A DNA stretch of 63,380 nt, filler included, from Collodictyon triciliatum (lineage: Eukaryota): the NCBI GenBank assembly GCA_043381765.1. It is 3 parts of 3 records of this genome, joined end to end, with 100 filler letters (N's around TTAATTAATTAA, not from the genome) between each part and the next. Parts side by side here need not be neighbours in the genome. Positions count along the whole stretch, not along the records: positions 41,661 to 63,380 come from JBHJMP010000338.1; 2 more parts are not named here. One strand, written 5' to 3'. Position numbers and translations under genes: made by a program. The notes beneath the pieces are model-generated. The model had not been told where the DNA came from. It made no database searches and saw only the letters and a list, made by a program, of their open reading frames with translations. Shown here piece after piece: positions 61,198-63,380 of this stretch (positions are counted from its first letter, which is position 1; each line of letters begins with the position of its first letter).

Positions 61198-63380
61198 ATG
61201 GACTATGATTAAAAAGTGCGACTGAAAACAAACTCTTCAAAGACGAAGACTGCTTTGTCCGCCTTCAGGGGCCAGCAATGACCTGTTCTCTCTTTCGCAA
61301 ACCGTAGTAATATGTGCAAGCAACTGCGAGCTGTTATGGAAGCCCGAAAGTGCTACGAGAAGGACGTGACTCTAATGGTGGACAGCCCTGCCCTCGGACT
61401 CAGGATCGCCTTCCAAAGAAAAGAAAACGCAGCCGCCTTCATTAAAGAGGAGACCTTTCCAGCTCCTCAATCACCAATACACCCCCTGCCAGCCAAAACT
61501 GTCACAAAGGTTGCGCACCTGTCTAACATACCGCTGGGGGTTAGCTGGACTGACATTTTCGAAGCCTGTAGCGAATACTTCATCCCAACCAAAGTCAACC
61601 GGACAAAGCCTGAAGGAATATGCATGAATGATGCACTCGTTACTTATGACAAAGAACAGGAAGAATTGGGGAAAAAACCTCACTTTGTCGTCATTCATGG
61701 CAGACGCTGTCGTGTGGGGATACGCGCCCTCAAAGAGTCTGACATCCCATCAACTCTCCCCAACAAAGAAGGGTATGACACACATCCCACAAACCACAAA
61801 AAAAAAAACAGCTACTGCCAAGCCGATTTCCACCAATCAAGCGGCCACCAACAAACAAAACGCCACTACTCGCTTCTCAGGCTCCGACACAAAAGAAGCC
61901 GACTTCAGCGCTAAAGACTGGCCAACCGTGCAGGAATCGTCTGTGCAAAACAAGTCCAGAGCCCACCAACAAGGAAAAAGCACCGCGTTCCGTCTTCTAA
62001 TGGCAGAGGGAGACGTCCTGAAAAGAAACCCGTGGATGAAGTGCTCGATGTCATAATCAAGAAAAAGGTTCAGGAGCGGCCCCAAAATCAAGAAACGGAT
62101 ATCGAAATGATGGACGAAACACCAGGCGGTTTGTCCGAACGTGCCTCATCAAGTTCGCCGATGAACACGGAGGAGGCAGTAGAAATCGTGGGATGGCTTC
62201 AAGGAAGTGGAGGAAACATCGCTCGCCCTCAAGATTTCCAACCACATCAAGCCGATGATATCTCACCAAACTCACCTTCAAATCATGGAGAGGACGCGTA
62301 GGAGAGGAAAATCCTAGCCAACTCGGTAACAGACTCGGGAAACAAGAATAACGCCACCCAGCAAACCACACCCGCCTGCCTCCTTAGAGGGCATGGCTCC
62401 TGCAACCACCCAAGAGACCCTTTCTTCAGCAAGTACGGCGCAATACATAATAAGCAACGTCCCAGACTCGGGATTGGAAGAACAACAGTCCATCCAACCT
62501 GCCGTCGTCATAGAAGGTTCTGCTGAAGAAGAAAGTGAGCACCTTGAAGCTTCGGGAACGACAAATTATACTCAAGTACTGTTTATGGGACCAGACCTAC
62601 TGTCGAAACTCTTGCGACTCCCCAGCGAGAAACGCCTTCCTATCCAAGAAAAAGAAACGTAGACGAATATAAAATACCGGTTACTCATCCTGCAATCACT
62701 GGCGCACCAAAAAAGACCGAAACCGTCGAAGATAAAGCCTCGCCCGATTAAAAGAGAGCGAATCAGTCAAGTACACCACCGAATATAGCGAGCCAGAAAG
62801 CAAATCAGAATGAAAGCGGAAACATGGTTAGACCTGCCTACCGCGTGGATGAGGGAGAAAAATTGGAACCGAGGGTTACTGGTGACCAACAGAGTGCGTC
62901 TCCCAACACAACAGCTACAAAGGGAGTGCACCCAAAAGCCCACGACCATCCGACAAATCCTGGCCGAACCGCGAGCAATCATAACACCGGCCAAATGAAG
63001 GATAACTCGAGTAAACCATCCCACTCTGAGCTACCGAGCTCCAGCGGAGAGGACCAACCACCGGAGGCTACGGCCTCCAAAAGCCAATAGATTATCAATG
63101 CGTTTTAACGTTCTGTCGTGGAACGTTAGGGGGATTACCGACCCCCCAAAAACGAAAAGAGGCCCTAAACACTGCTCTTTTCTCTCGCGCAGACTTCATC
63201 TGCCTCCAAGAAACATGGCTCAGCCCTGACATTCTAACCAACGATGACTTATGGAAACATCCACAAATGTGGTCATGTGACGATAATCAACAGAGACATG
63301 CAGGTGTAGCGTTTTTATGCAAGAAATGGATAGCCAAACTCAATCCTCGCTTCAGAGAGATTATTCCTGGCCGCTGCATA
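61198..63380 (+). mobile_element. Degenerate non-LTR retrotransposon (L1/Tx1-like): disrupted ORF1 and the start of the ORF2 APE endonuclease; runs off the window end
   Basis: Intronless. ORF1 has an RRM-like segment (VAHLSNIPLGVSW...HFVVIHGRRCRV) with stops and frameshifts. ORF2 from 63098 reads MRFNVLSWNVRGI, then after a +1 frameshift DFICLQETWL, GVAFL, IIPGRCI (APE motifs). Confidence 0.88.

Noticed and set aside
61198-62662. Stop-codon reassignment (TAA/TAG=Gln) suggested by in-frame stops
   Set aside because: Host genes terminate with TAA, TAG and TGA and have no internal TAA/TAG; the stops are confined to a frameshifted retroelement.

Overview
Intron-rich, AT-rich eukaryotic genomic DNA, probably from a protist with mitochondrial complex I; the organism cannot be named from the sequence. 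The window is three unrelated contig pieces joined by artificial 100-bp N44-TTAATTAATTAA-N44 linkers (21410-21509, 41561-41660), so gene order across those joins is not biological. Piece 1 holds maspardin/SPG21, NDUFB9, Arp3, asparagine synthetase and the 3' part of a STAND P-loop/helical-repeat protein. Piece 2 holds PRP8, which carries an in-frame 452-aa intein with a degenerate LAGLIDADG domain at VVMDL/CQVFD rather than the common fungal site, plus an ADCY10/sAC-like cyclase-STAND gene. Piece 3 holds Gln-dependent NAD synthetase, an LRR protein, a 27-bp minisatellite, tRNA-Thr(AGT), V-ATPase subunit c, a kelch-BTB gene, a small TM/coiled-coil gene and a decayed L1/Tx1-like non-LTR retrotransposon. 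It also holds a selenoprotein H gene invisible to the ORF track: in-frame TGA in CxxU, a type II SECIS in the 3' UTR and a tRNA-Gln(CTG) nested in an intron. All gene models were spliced by hand; no database searches were run.
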